Positions 40,387 to 49,570 of a stretch of 64,000 nucleotides of DNA are shown piece after piece. Numbering within the stretch: the stretch's first letter is position 1; each line of letters starts with the position of its first letter. A program made the translations under genes and the position numbers. Below the pieces are notes generated by a model. The model did no database searches, had not been told where the DNA came from, and saw nothing but the letters and a program-made list of their open reading frames with translations. The stretch is taken from contig CM000430.1 of the NCBI GenBank assembly GCA_000165345.1, forward strand, positions 320,001-384,000, written 5' to 3'.

Positions 40387-42795
40387 ATGGGCGGATCAGA
40401 TTTCCCTATTGGGCCAAAACTTCGTATTAGACTGAAGGCAGAAAATTCTGAAACAGAAATTGGTCTTAAACACAAAAAAAGAAAAAAATATGTTTCATTT
40501 AATAACGGGGGCATTGAAGCTGCATCGGAAGATTCCAAAGTATCTCTTTTAATTGAGTGTAATCCGCCTTCTTTACGCAGAGTAGAATTCGCAGAAGTTT
40601 TGAACATTAAATTGAATCAGAACATTGATAATAAAGAAGATACAGTTGATCTAATGTCAGACGAATCGGTTGAAAATGAAGATACATTGGATTATCTTGA
40701 TAACCTTGAGATGGAGGCAAAACGAATAATTGAGAAAAACGGTTTGAAAAACAAATTTGATGGCCATATCTCAAAACAAACCGTAGAAAATAAAGACTTT
40801 AAAAATAATACCTTAAACTTATCTGATAACGATTTGCCTATTGTTGGCAATGTTGAATGCGATGAAGAAATCAAAACTAGCAATATCATTCAAGAAACTA
40901 GAAACCAAATAACTACAAATAACCGAGTTTCTTCCCCTATATATAGTAATTTATCACAAATAAACAACCAAAGTAGTCTTCCTCCACAGCCTATCCAGAT
41001 TGCCCCGAATGTTGTCCAGCAACCACTGAAAACATTTGCTAATTCTCTTTTACTTTCAAAAGAAAAATTTTCCACAAGGTCATTTACTCCATTGGATCCA
41101 AACTTGAACTCCAGGCTCCTATTAAAAGTTCAACTTCCAGAATCCATAAATCAACTATATTCTTTGGAAGGTATTACGCACGAAGACATAAAGCAAAACC
41201 CTGAAACCGATGAAACCGATGAAACTGACAAAAAAATACCAGTAGTGATTCCAACTTGTTCTGAGTGGTTTGATATGGATTCTGTACATCCTATTGAACT
41301 TGAGATGCTTTCTCCAATATTTAACAATGAGATGATTGATTTGAGGATCGATGAAAAACAGGATTACAAAGCAGAAATGAGTGGTAATGGTAATAGTAAC
41401 TTTTTAGAAGAAAAAGTGTCTTCACTAAATGATGAAAAAATTAATGAATATAAACTGATTCGGAATAAAATTATTGAAATATATAGGGAAACTCCTAGAC
41501 AATACCTCACTGTTACAGAATGTAGGAGACGTATTATATATACAGGAGATGTCTCCTTTTTACTTAAATTGCATGCTTATCTCGAATTTTGGGGTTTGAT
41601 AAATTTCCAAGCAGACATTAAGACGCTTCCCCCAAAATTAAGAAAACTTCGTGACTATAGACTTAATGATATAGATATCAAACGTTCTAACAATAAAAGC
41701 ACGCTAAACATTTCTCGTATAAATGATGAAGCAATAGATAACCCATTCATAAACTCAATGTTAGTGAATTGCGTTTCATGTGGAAAGTCGTGTATATATT
41801 CATATTATATTCTTAGAGCTGGTGTTGTTTGTGGAGTTTCAGTGGCAGTTTTAGATCGCTGTGTTTGGTGTATTAGGTGCTATTCAGAAGGGAGATATCC
41901 ACCTATTTTAAACTCTGGGCACTTTATTAAAGTGGATGCTCCTGTTGTATCATCACTGACCAATCCTGAAGAAATTCCCAGGATGGGAGCCTTAGGTATA
42001 GCCTCCTGGACTAAAGAGGAAGTGCAAAAGCTTATTGAAGGGATTGAATATTACGGTGATGATTGGGATGCCATATCTTACCATATTGGGAATGTTAAGA
42101 CGCCTCAAGAGTGTGTTGCGTACTTCATTCAACTGCCAATAGAGGAACCCTTCATGAGAAACATTAACCCATCAAAAAACACGAAGCCCTCATTTCCATT
42201 TATGGATGTGAGCAATCCTCTAATGACACAAATTGCATTAATAGCGTCAACAATAAACCCCGTGGTCGCTGCATCTGCCGCTAAATCTGCGTTAGATAGA
42301 ATATTAGAAATTGAGGGTTATAAAGAAATTTCTAAAGATGCTTCACTCATGCCCGATAAAGATGCTCATTTGGGAGACGAAGCTGCGGGAAGTTGTAATG
42401 CTAACGCCCATTTTGATTCTAAGGATGGCCAATATTTACCGCAATACATACCAAAAGTTTCTTCAGCGAAGTGGCCGAGCTCAGCACTACTGGGAGAAGA
42501 GGGAATTCAACAAGTTTGTTCAAAGGCACTAGAAAACGCTGCTCTTAGAGCAAAAGAACTTGCTGAATGGGAGAGAAATGAGGTTAAAAATATAATGCCC
42601 TACTTGATTGACAACACGATCAATCGATTAGAACTAAAACTGAGACAGTTTAGGCATTTGCAATCTATGATAGATGAAGAAAGAAATTTGTTGGAAGTAA
42701 GACTTGAAAAGATAAAGAAAGAGGACAATGAAATTAAATCTAAACTTAGTAATGCTAAGGGCCAAGTTATTTCGAAACAAACTTTAAGACTATAA
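40387..42795 (+). CDS. SWI3: SWI/SNF (RSC) complex subunit SWI3/SMARCC, with SWIRM and SANT domains and a coiled coil
   Basis: SWIRM: IPTCSEWFDMDSVHPIELEMLSPIFN...YLTVTECRRRIIYTGDVSFLLKLHAYLEFWGLINFQ. SANT: WTKEEVQKLIEGIEYYGDDWDAISYHIGNVKTPQECVAYFIQLPIEE. A Cys-rich ZZ-like segment lies between them. C-terminal leucine-zipper or coiled coil. Confidence 0.8.
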   Translation: MGGSDFPIGPKLRIRLKAENSETEIGLKHKKRKKYVSFNNGGIEAASEDSKVSLLIECNPPSLRRVEFAEVLNIKLNQNIDNKEDTVDLMSDESVENEDTLDYLDNLEMEAKRIIEKNGLKNKFDGHISKQTVENKDFKNNTLNLSDNDLPIVGNVECDEEIKTSNIIQETRNQITTNNRVSSPIYSNLSQINNQSSLPPQPIQIAPNVVQQPLKTFANSLLLSKEKFSTRSFTPLDPNLNSRLLLKVQLPESINQLYSLEGITHEDIKQNPETDETDETDKKIPVVIPTCSEWFDMDSVHPIELEMLSPIFNNEMIDLRIDEKQDYKAEMSGNGNSNFLEEKVSSLNDEKINEYKLIRNKIIEIYRETPRQYLTVTECRRRIIYTGDVSFLLKLHAYLEFWGLINFQADIKTLPPKLRKLRDYRLNDIDIKRSNNKSTLNISRINDEAIDNPFINSMLVNCVSCGKSCIYSYYILRAGVVCGVSVAVLDRCVWCIRCYSEGRYPPILNSGHFIKVDAPVVSSLTNPEEIPRMGALGIASWTKEEVQKLIEGIEYYGDDWDAISYHIGNVKTPQECVAYFIQLPIEEPFMRNINPSKNTKPSFPFMDVSNPLMTQIALIASTINPVVAASAAKSALDRILEIEGYKEISKDASLMPDKDAHLGDEAAGSCNANAHFDSKDGQYLPQYIPKVSSAKWPSSALLGEEGIQQVCSKALENAALRAKELAEWERNEVKNIMPYLIDNTINRLELKLRQFRHLQSMIDEERNLLEVRLEKIKKEDNEIKSKLSNAKGQVISKQTLRL

Positions 42796-42903
42796 AAATA
42801 AATTAATATAATACTCTTGTTCCCCACCGGATCTGTTTGTATTGGGTTTGATAGTTTCAGAATATTTGTATTTGACCATTGTTTGGTGGTCGGCCTCTGT
42901 GAA

Positions 42904-42988
42904 GCGTAGATGCCCGAGTCGGTCTAAGGGGCCAGACTTAAGATCTGGTGTACACATGTACTCCAGGGTTCGAATCCCTGTCTACGCA
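42904..42988 (+). tRNA. tRNA-Leu (anticodon UAA), with a long variable arm
   Basis: Acceptor stem GCGTAGA/TCTACGC plus discriminator A. D-arm CCCGAGTCGGTCTAAGGGG. Anticodon stem-loop CCAGA-CTTAAGA-TCTGG. Variable arm TGTACACATGTACT. T-arm CAGGG-TTCGAAT-CCCTG. No CCA encoded. No intron. Confidence 0.85.
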
Positions 42989-42994
42989 TTTTTT
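42989..42994 (+). terminator. Pol III T6 terminator immediately 3' of tRNA-Leu
   Basis: TTTTTT follows the discriminator base directly. Confidence 0.7.
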
Positions 42995-43058
42995 CGGAAA
43001 GCCTAATTTTACCTTTCCCGCATAGAATAGTTAAAGTTGTCTAAGGTGGATAAATGAT

Positions 43059-44507
43059 CTAAATAGCGTTTCTAAATGTTCTCGTTAAAGGAGAGTAAAA
43101 ATCCTTATTACTTTTGTAATGTGGGAGTTTTTGTGCATTTCCTTTATTAAATGCAGCATTGCCTATTTTATCCTTGCCTTTAAGATTCGAGTATTTTTCC
43201 AAAGTTGGAAAATCAGAATCTGTGGCTCTCGCTGAATTTTGACTGTTTTTCTCTATATTTGAACAGCTATTTGCATGATTCAAATTTATCATTTCATAAC
43301 CTGTTGAACTGTGGTTTATCTCGTCATAAAGCAAATTAATATAATTCATATCTTTGATTGTTTTTCTCTTATTTACTCTTTTTTCTAATTCAGCATTAAA
43401 TATTTCTTTTGTTTTCGTTGAAATATACGGTAATACATTTATGCCTACAATATAAACCTTAGATCCCATAGGAATATGACTCAAAAACTTATATTTTCTG
43501 ATATTTTGATGATTTATAATAAACTCTTTTATTGATGTAACTGAAACATTTAATAGTGCCTTAGGTAAATTTTCGATTGAACCAAATTCAGTCTGAAGCA
43601 CTTTAACATAAAACGGCTCCAAGTACACTAATTGGCCATCAAATGACTGGTAGAAATAAAATATATCTTTCATATTATATTGATTGCTATAATTAGCTGA
43701 AGAGTTAATGAATCTATATTCTAGTTCTTCTAAAAGTTCAGTTTCTCCGTAATGTGATAATAGCATATCAAAAGCATCGTTTGAAAATCTTTCGCATCTG
43801 GGAGTAACTCCTTTTAATTTAAATATATTTTCTATTATTGAGATACATTCTTCAATGTAGCCAATTTCTTCGTCTGAGCCGCTTCTCTCATTCTCTAGCT
43901 TTCTCATTCTTAGCATTTGAAGATCATGTAATAATATTTCATTTTGGTCGGAAATTAATCCGATTCTTTGGAACTGAGCACCCTTTTCGTTTTTTTCCAG
44001 CAAAACTTTCCCATCTGAACTTTTCATATTGAGTTCAAAATGAATAAGCGGACTTGAAACATTTCTGTAAAGAAGGCATAGATTAATTTCTGAGCCTATT
44101 TGGACTTTTTTAACTATTTGATATCTTAATGAAACAAGCTCATTTAGCAATACATTCGAGAAACATATTGGGCATTTAAATTTTTTCGCATATTCATCGT
44201 TTTCTAAAATAATATTCATAAGTTTTATTATGCAAGGCCAACAATATATGTGTCCACAATTTGATATTTTTGGAACCAGCAAGTCTGAATCAAGGCAGAT
44301 TGGGCATTTAATAAATTCGTCACTATCAAAGTATATTAATTCAATTAACCCTACATTTCTCCAATCAAATATCATTTTATCATGTGAGAACACTGAGGTA
44401 TTTCTATTTATATTGGAATCTTTCAACAAAAATATTCTGCAATTTTGCTGAACAAACTTGAATTTACTTGAAATGGAAAGTGGTCCCTTCTTAGAAATTA
44501 AACTCAT
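43059..44507 (-). CDS. RING-finger (C3HC4-type) protein, probable E3 ubiquitin ligase
   Basis: CPICLDSDLLVPKISNCGHIYCWPCIIKLM...KCPICFSNV. The ORF-track start at 44537 is a TTG. The first ATG is at 44507. Confidence 0.65.
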   Translation of the reverse strand: MSLISKKGPLSISSKFKFVQQNCRIFLLKDSNINRNTSVFSHDKMIFDWRNVGLIELIYFDSDEFIKCPICLDSDLLVPKISNCGHIYCWPCIIKLMNIILENDEYAKKFKCPICFSNVLLNELVSLRYQIVKKVQIGSEINLCLLYRNVSSPLIHFELNMKSSDGKVLLEKNEKGAQFQRIGLISDQNEILLHDLQMLRMRKLENERSGSDEEIGYIEECISIIENIFKLKGVTPRCERFSNDAFDMLLSHYGETELLEELEYRFINSSANYSNQYNMKDIFYFYQSFDGQLVYLEPFYVKVLQTEFGSIENLPKALLNVSVTSIKEFIINHQNIRKYKFLSHIPMGSKVYIVGINVLPYISTKTKEIFNAELEKRVNKRKTIKDMNYINLLYDEINHSSTGYEMINLNHANSCSNIEKNSQNSARATDSDFPTLEKYSNLKGKDKIGNAAFNKGNAQKLPHYKSNKDFYSPLTRTFRNAI

Positions 44508-44744
44508 ATTGTAAAAAAATATCTGTCTATTGATCAAAAAACCTCCTCATTCTTTATTTAAATACACGACTAAATTATTGTGATAATTAATTTCCTAAAC
44601 AAGTAATCTTTGATTTTCTTTTGTTTTGCATTGTTACTTTGGCGGTTTAGGAATATTACACCTTTTTTTCAATAAATCTTTATTTATACTCGAGAATCTG
44701 TACATATGTAAATTTGATAAATATAAAAGCATTGCCTTTCCAGA

Positions 44745-45752
44745 ATGATGAATACCAATGGGTTAAGACAAAATAGTCTTGTTCAAGGAAAAAAAGAGAA
44801 TCTATCTGATATATTGGGTTCTATTAATGGGAATAAAGTTTGTGCCGATTGCGGTGCTAAAACACCTAGATGGGCATCCATAAATCTTGGAATTCTAATA
44901 TGTATTGATTGTAGTGGGGTGCATCGTCATCTCGGTGTTCATATATCAAAGGTTAAGAGCATTTCTTTAGATAAGTGGAATAGTGATTGGATAAAAAGAT
45001 GTATGAAAATAGGCAACTATATTTCGAATAAGTACTATGAACATAAGCTTCCCACTGGGTTTCAACGCCCAAGCTGGAGTAGCCAGCAACACTCTATTGT
45101 GGAGCAATGGATTAGGGATAAATATGAATTTAAACTATATACCCCAGATAATATGATTCCGCCTTCATTACAAATTGATAGCATGGAAACTACAGTACCT
45201 AACGAAAAAACGGTATTGAAAAATTTTGAAGATTTTAATAAACCTCAAAAATATAATAATATGGTCTCCAGTAATTTGTTAGAAATCGAATTAGAAAGCA
45301 AAGAATCATCAAGCAAGGTTGAAAAAATTATTGATCTAAAGTCCAATCAATTGGGAAGCGAAACTGCAAACTCGAGTTTGAAAAACAAGCACAACCTTGA
45401 AAATCAAGCTGAGAGAGCGCTTGAAAGAGTTAGTTCATTTGAAAATTCTGAAGTAATAAAAATCAAAACTGTAAAAGAAGCTATTGAGAAGATGTATGAA
45501 AATAGCGTTGAATCGCCGCCTTCACTAAATAACTTTAATAAAGTATTAAATACAAGTATAGGAAGCATTGAGAAATCCACAAGTTCTGAAAAAATTAGAA
45601 AGATTGGTTTTGATCTAAGTGATAAATTGTCTAAAACTGAATTCAAAATTGAAGAAAATAAGAGTCAATGTATTGTTGAAAACTCTAAAAAGCCATGCCC
45701 CTTCAGTTCTATTGACGCATTTTCCATTATTAAAGAATCATTTTCTAGGTAA
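44745..45752 (+). CDS. ADP-ribosylation factor GTPase-activating protein (ArfGAP domain)
   Basis: [46 protein letters not shown] is the C4 ArfGAP zinc-finger signature with the catalytic Arg. The C-terminal half is low-complexity. Confidence 0.85.
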   Translation: MMNTNGLRQNSLVQGKKENLSDILGSINGNKVCADCGAKTPRWASINLGILICIDCSGVHRHLGVHISKVKSISLDKWNSDWIKRCMKIGNYISNKYYEHKLPTGFQRPSWSSQQHSIVEQWIRDKYEFKLYTPDNMIPPSLQIDSMETTVPNEKTVLKNFEDFNKPQKYNNMVSSNLLEIELESKESSSKVEKIIDLKSNQLGSETANSSLKNKHNLENQAERALERVSSFENSEVIKIKTVKEAIEKMYENSVESPPSLNNFNKVLNTSIGSIEKSTSSEKIRKIGFDLSDKLSKTEFKIEENKSQCIVENSKKPCPFSSIDAFSIIKESFSR

Positions 45753-45894
45753 TTTAGTTATTAATTTTTGTTGATTTAATATTTACCTTTAAATTTGCTC
45801 CTAGTTAATGCGTTTTTTTATTGCTACTGAACCCCATATTTTTTCGCCGCTGAACTCGATTCAGTTTAAAATAAGTCGATATTTTCTGGAAGTT

Positions 45895-47085
45895 ATGAAA
45901 GCAATAATTTTGTCAGGTGGTTATGGCTCTAGGCTCCGTCCATTAACGCTTACAAAACCCAAATCAATTGTTGAGCTATGTAACATCCCAATCATAGAAT
46001 TCCAGATTGCACAATTTGCTAGTATTGGGATAACAGAAATAATTGTAGCACTTAATTACAAGGCCAATGAACTCATTCCCACACTAAAAATAATTGAAGA
46101 TAGATATGCTGTAAAAGTTCATTTGAGTATTGAGGAAAAGCCATTGGGTACTGCAGGACCAATTAAATTAGCACAAGACTTTCTAAAAGAAGACGAACCT
46201 TTTTTTGTTTGTAATTCAGATATAATATGTAATTTTCCATTAAGAGAAATGCTTGATCTTTATCACAAGAAAAACTCTGACTCGGAATGTAATGGCGTTA
46301 TTCTTATAAAGCAAGTCTCTGATCCTTCAAAATTTGGAGTAGTTTTGCATGATGAAAATACGCTCATCGTAGAAAAATTTATTGAAAAACCTAAGGATTT
46401 TGTTGGTGATTTCATTAATGCAGGAATTTATATTTTGTCAAAAAGAATACTTGATCTGATTAAACCTAATCAACAAGTTTCAATTGAAAAGGATGTATTC
46501 CCTATCATGGCATCATCAAATACACTTTATTGCAATAAGTTCTTCACAAACAATGACAATATATGGGCAGATATAGGAAATCCAAAAGACTTCTTATTAG
46601 GAAGTAAGTTATTTATGGAATTCCTTAAATCAAATTCAATAACAGGGCATTTGTGCAATGATAAGCATAGTTCTAAGACAGAATTGCTTAGAAAGCTCCT
46701 AAATGAAAATAAACTCGAATTATCTTTCGAAACACCAGAACTTAGAATAATAGGAAATGTGATTGTTCATCCCACATCCTCAATAGGAAAGGATTGTAGT
46801 ATTGGTCCTAATGTTGTTATCGGGAAAAATTGTAAAATTGGAGATGGAGTAAGGTTAAAGGATTGCGTGATATTTGACAATACAAATATTAACAGTTATT
46901 CAATTATTTCCGGCTCAATTATTGGGTGTTATTGCAATATTGGGAAGTGGACACGCATAGACGGATTGTCTGTATTTGGCGATGATGTAAATATTCAGGA
47001 CGAGTTGTTTATCAACTCATCGACGATATTGCCCAACAAAAGTGTGACTACATCTATTAATACTCCAAACACAATTTGTTTATGA
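45895..47085 (+). CDS. GMPP: Mannose-1-phosphate guanylyltransferase (GDP-mannose pyrophosphorylase)
   Basis: MKAIILSGGYGSRLRPLTLTKPKSIVELCNIPIIEFQI...EEKPLGTAGPIKLAQDFL...PFFVCNSDIICNFP...EKFIEKPKDFVGDFINAGIYIL...IGKDCSIGPNVVIGKNCKIGDGVRL is collinear with GMPPB including the C-terminal left-handed beta-helix. The homologous N-terminus begins at ATG 45895. The ORF track extends to an upstream ATG at 45808. Confidence 0.9.
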   Translation: MKAIILSGGYGSRLRPLTLTKPKSIVELCNIPIIEFQIAQFASIGITEIIVALNYKANELIPTLKIIEDRYAVKVHLSIEEKPLGTAGPIKLAQDFLKEDEPFFVCNSDIICNFPLREMLDLYHKKNSDSECNGVILIKQVSDPSKFGVVLHDENTLIVEKFIEKPKDFVGDFINAGIYILSKRILDLIKPNQQVSIEKDVFPIMASSNTLYCNKFFTNNDNIWADIGNPKDFLLGSKLFMEFLKSNSITGHLCNDKHSSKTELLRKLLNENKLELSFETPELRIIGNVIVHPTSSIGKDCSIGPNVVIGKNCKIGDGVRLKDCVIFDNTNINSYSIISGSIIGCYCNIGKWTRIDGLSVFGDDVNIQDELFINSSTILPNKSVTTSINTPNTICL

Positions 47086-47298
47086 TATGACATTTTTGCT
47101 ATTAGATTATTAATTTGCATAGTTGCGTATTAATTCATTATTGATGTATAACAATCCCCACATTAATTCTTTATTGTTTACATGGTACTTGTCTCAAATG
47201 CGGCAAGCATAGGATTTCATTTAATTGTTTATTTGAGGGACATTCTAGTTTACAACAAATACTTTTTTCGGATATATGAATAAAAAGACTGATGAAAC

Positions 47299-48615
47299 AT
47301 GATTTTGCTTTATGTTCTGTCTTTTTTGTTTTCTACGTTCGTTAGCTTTCCCTGTGCTTCATCGAAAGTCATACTGGATCCTTTGCAGCATGATGTCCAG
47401 ATACTAACAGCACCAAATTTCGAAAGCTTGTTGTCAAAGTACCGCAAAAGTGGTGTTACTTCTGTCTTCTTCTATAATGGTGATGATAAGGTAGCTGTGA
47501 GCGAGCTTCTAGGATGGTATAATGATGCAGCAAGAGAATTGAAGGGTATGGCTAAGGTTGCAGCAATTAATTGCAAAGAATTTAAACAATTTTGCAGCAA
47601 AATAGGTAATAGTGGTAAAATAATCATTTATCCAGTTATCCCCATTCCAACATTTGAATTTAATGGTGAAAAAAGCGTAAGGAACCTTAAGAACCAACTT
47701 TTGAGATACATTCCCAGAGATAACGTTTCAGTGATTGGAGTTCCAAATCAAGAAAGCTCTAAAGTTATCAAAATTGAGGACTTCCTCACAAGACACATTT
47801 CTGTTCCAAAAGTACTCGTTTTTAGCGAAAAGGAAATACCTCCAACAATTATTCACTCTCTTGCAAACGAGTTCAATAAAAAGCTTTTGTTCGGTTTCAT
47901 TCCAAACTGTAAGAAGAACGATGTCTCGATAGGAATTACAAAAAAATTTCAAATTTCGAGCTTCCCAACTATTATGGTATATAAAACAGCCTCGAAGCTA
48001 CCGGAATTCTATAAGGGCGAAATTAAATTCTTGCCACTGTTTGAATTCTTGAATGTATATGCAGAAACATTCGTAATGGGGGGAGGATTTTCAGATAACG
48101 AATCTCAAGATTCGGGTTCAAAACCATGGCTGTTGCAACGAATTCCTGAACTAACAGGACTTTCATATAATGATGTATGTGGAAAACACAAGAATTTATG
48201 TTTCATCTACTTAAAGAATGGCGAAATCTCTTTGGAGGAGCAGTCTATGCTGGAAGAACTCCAAGATTTGTTTACTCCTCATATTGCAGGTAGAGGTACC
48301 AATTTTAAATGGATGTGGATGGACATTTCAATGGAAGATGAATTCATGAAACTTTTTAATGATGATGGGAACAAAATTGCTCTTCCATCTGCTGTGGTTC
48401 TGGGCACTAGTAAAAGACTAAAATTCACAGTCCTCCCAAGAAATATCGAAGGAGAACTACAGACTGCAAATAAAGACACAATTAAAGACTTTCTAGATAA
48501 GGTGATCGGTGGTGATGCTAGATTTACCAATATTAAAGGGCAAAAACTACCTAAGTTTATCGAAAGGGTGCAGAATAAGAATACGAAATTGGAGAAAAGT
48601 AGAGACGAACTATAG
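47299..48615 (+). CDS. ER-resident thioredoxin-fold-like protein with C-terminal SRDEL retention signal (PDI-family-like, no CxxC active site)
   Basis: Cleavable signal peptide MILLYVLSFLFSTFVSFPCASS. C-terminal KSRDEL. Thioredoxin-like spacing of hydrophobic and aromatic blocks but no CGHC or CxxC motif. Confidence 0.55.
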   Translation: MILLYVLSFLFSTFVSFPCASSKVILDPLQHDVQILTAPNFESLLSKYRKSGVTSVFFYNGDDKVAVSELLGWYNDAARELKGMAKVAAINCKEFKQFCSKIGNSGKIIIYPVIPIPTFEFNGEKSVRNLKNQLLRYIPRDNVSVIGVPNQESSKVIKIEDFLTRHISVPKVLVFSEKEIPPTIIHSLANEFNKKLLFGFIPNCKKNDVSIGITKKFQISSFPTIMVYKTASKLPEFYKGEIKFLPLFEFLNVYAETFVMGGGFSDNESQDSGSKPWLLQRIPELTGLSYNDVCGKHKNLCFIYLKNGEISLEEQSMLEELQDLFTPHIAGRGTNFKWMWMDISMEDEFMKLFNDDGNKIALPSAVVLGTSKRLKFTVLPRNIEGELQTANKDTIKDFLDKVIGGDARFTNIKGQKLPKFIERVQNKNTKLEKSRDEL

Positions 48616-49448
48616 GTTTTATAGATTATTAATTTTAGTCTCAATTTTGATTTTTTTAATTTATTCATTCTTGAGCGAATTTGATTCAGAAGTCACTTGC
48701 ATTAGGGAATGAAACAATTAAATTATTTGTCACTTCTATTTCTCGCATAACGGTATATTTAGGTTTGAACGTCATTTTACATAATATTTCGATAAGCTCA
48801 ATTATTCTATTTTTTAAATTAATGATTTGCGTCGTAAATGAATTGAGTTTGAGAGCAAAGTATAATTGCCTCCAAAGCAATTTTGACGTATTTCATTAGT
48901 ATTTAAAAATATTTTTATGGAATAATGAAAAAAAATTACATTTCTTCTTTTTATAATCTAATATTTTGTTACTTTTACATAATTTTTGGCAGCAAGCGAT
49001 ACAATAGAAATATTGAATTGCTAGAGTTATTAACTGTCGATTTAATTACTTCAAATGAAGTAAAAATCATGAATTAAATATTTCTAAATTCTTAATATTG
49101 AATGATTGATTTTTTTACAATGTTTGAATACTTTTAGAAAATTAAATAGATGAATAGTTCATCATATTGCTCATTATTTAGATATATATTTCATCTATCT
49201 GATAATTTCTTTAAAAATAATTGATTAAAGTTGTGGTTCCTATATTTAACAATTAATTTTAAATTACAATATGAAGTTATTTCAATGTTAAGATTTATCT
49301 AATTTATAATAATCATCATTAATCAATAAATCAATTTCATATTAAATTTATTTGTAATTATTACATGTCCTATTTAATAAAGAGAAATAAAAAATCATGT
49401 TGATAATGCCAGTACAAGGCTGGGCAATCATGAAGTTAATATCAAAAA

Positions 49449-49464
49449 AAATATATATATATAG
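49449..49464. repeat. (TA)8 microsatellite in a long (about 950 bp) convergent 3' intergenic region
   Basis: atatatatatatatat read directly from the sequence. Confidence 0.9.
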
Positions 49465-49570
49465 CTTATCATTTAGAAGCATTTAGTAAGTAAATTATAA
49501 AAAGTTGCAATTAAAGGAAAGTATCTAAACTGTTCAAAAGATATATCAACGACAAAAACAAATGTAACAA

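Noticed and set aside
45808-45894. N-terminal 29-aa extension of GDP-mannose pyrophosphorylase
   Set aside because: Homologues begin at MKA(L/I)IL(V/S)GG, which corresponds to ATG 45895. The extension (MRFFIATEPHIF...) is not conserved, although use of the upstream ATG cannot be excluded.
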